From Octopus sinensis (Eukaryota), in contig NW_021830031.1 in NCBI RefSeq assembly GCF_006345805.1, positions 237,493-301,492 of the forward strand: a stretch of 64,000 nt of DNA. The letters run 5' to 3'. Under the pieces are notes generated by a model, which was not told the origin of the DNA, did no database searches, and saw only the letters and a list, made by a program, of their open reading frames with translations. Both the position numbers and the translations under genes were made by a program. Below are positions 63,086 through 64,000 of the stretch, one piece after another; within the stretch, counting starts at the first letter, position 1; every line of letters begins with the position of its first letter.

Positions 63086-63914
63086 GAATATATGTATATA
63101 TGTTATATAGGCATATATAAATATATGCATATGTGTATATTTGTATGTATTTATGTATACATACAAACATATACACATGTTTTTCTTAATTATAGTAGAG
63201 GGTACAAAGGCGTTGATCTGGCAGAAACATTAGCACGCCGGGCGAAATGCTTAGCGGTATTTCGTCTGTCTTTACGTTCAGAGTTCTAATTCCGCCGAGG
63301 TCGGCTTTACCTTTCATCCTTTCGGGGTCGATAAATTAAGTATCGATCTAATCAACTGGCCCCCTCCTCTCTCAAAATTTTCTTATCATTATCAAAGAAT
63401 GTGTAACTGTATTTTAATACTTTTGTGATAACCAGTACTTAACACAACAAATCTCATACAAAGCTTTACATTTTGCTTTTGACAATTTTTTCTAGAAAAG
63501 TGAAACCTGTCAAGTCAATAAACATTTCTAAAAGTCCATTGCCTTTTCAAACCTTCTTTCATATATATTTTCACTCGTGCGGTACCTTACAACTTTACTT
63601 TGTTTATTATTATGTTTGACCTTAAAGTTTCTTATGTGGTGTTTAATAAAGAATTTTATATATATATATATATTATATATATATATAGTAGAAATAGGTG
63701 ACAAAAGAAAAATATAAAATACACGTGGTAAAATATGAAAAATCAACGAAAAGGCACATTGCAAATGAAAAAGCTATTTATGACATTTAAAGACAATATA
63801 TACATTTAGATTGACTGAGGTAGTAATACGAGTCATAAAAGTCATTATTATGAGATGAGTAGAAAAGATGATAATCAAGTAAGAGAACAAAACGGACCAT
63901 GGTTTACGCACCGG

Positions 63915-63951
<37 letters not shown>

Positions 63952-64000
63952 TATATATTATATATATATATTATATATATATATATATATAATATATATA

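Overview
AT-rich, microsatellite- and SINE-dense animal genomic DNA; the repeat landscape suggests a cephalopod such as Octopus (inference, no search run). There is one host protein-coding gene: a complete 10-exon ETFA (electron transfer flavoprotein alpha, + strand, CDS 27758..56767, 1017 nt, 338 aa). The most unusual structure is at 15.9-23.3 kb. Two full-length U2 snRNA genes sit in ~800-bp inverted arms, face each other, and enclose a near-full-length but decayed Tx1/L1-clade LINE whose 5' UTR is preceded by a 14-nt match to the U1 snRNA 5' end. At 62.4-62.9 kb a ~475-bp spacer-less palindrome carries a type I hammerhead ribozyme motif in each arm, and further Penelope-type hammerhead relics occur elsewhere. 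The remainder comprises R4/Dong-like LINE fragments, LINE 3' ends embedded in specific microsatellites, several tRNA-derived SINE families (some multimeric), Helitron/Helentron-like elements, hAT and Tc1/mariner/pogo MITEs, and simple repeats. Most short ORFs in the supplied track are microsatellite artefacts. Repeat boundaries are approximate unless termini are quoted.
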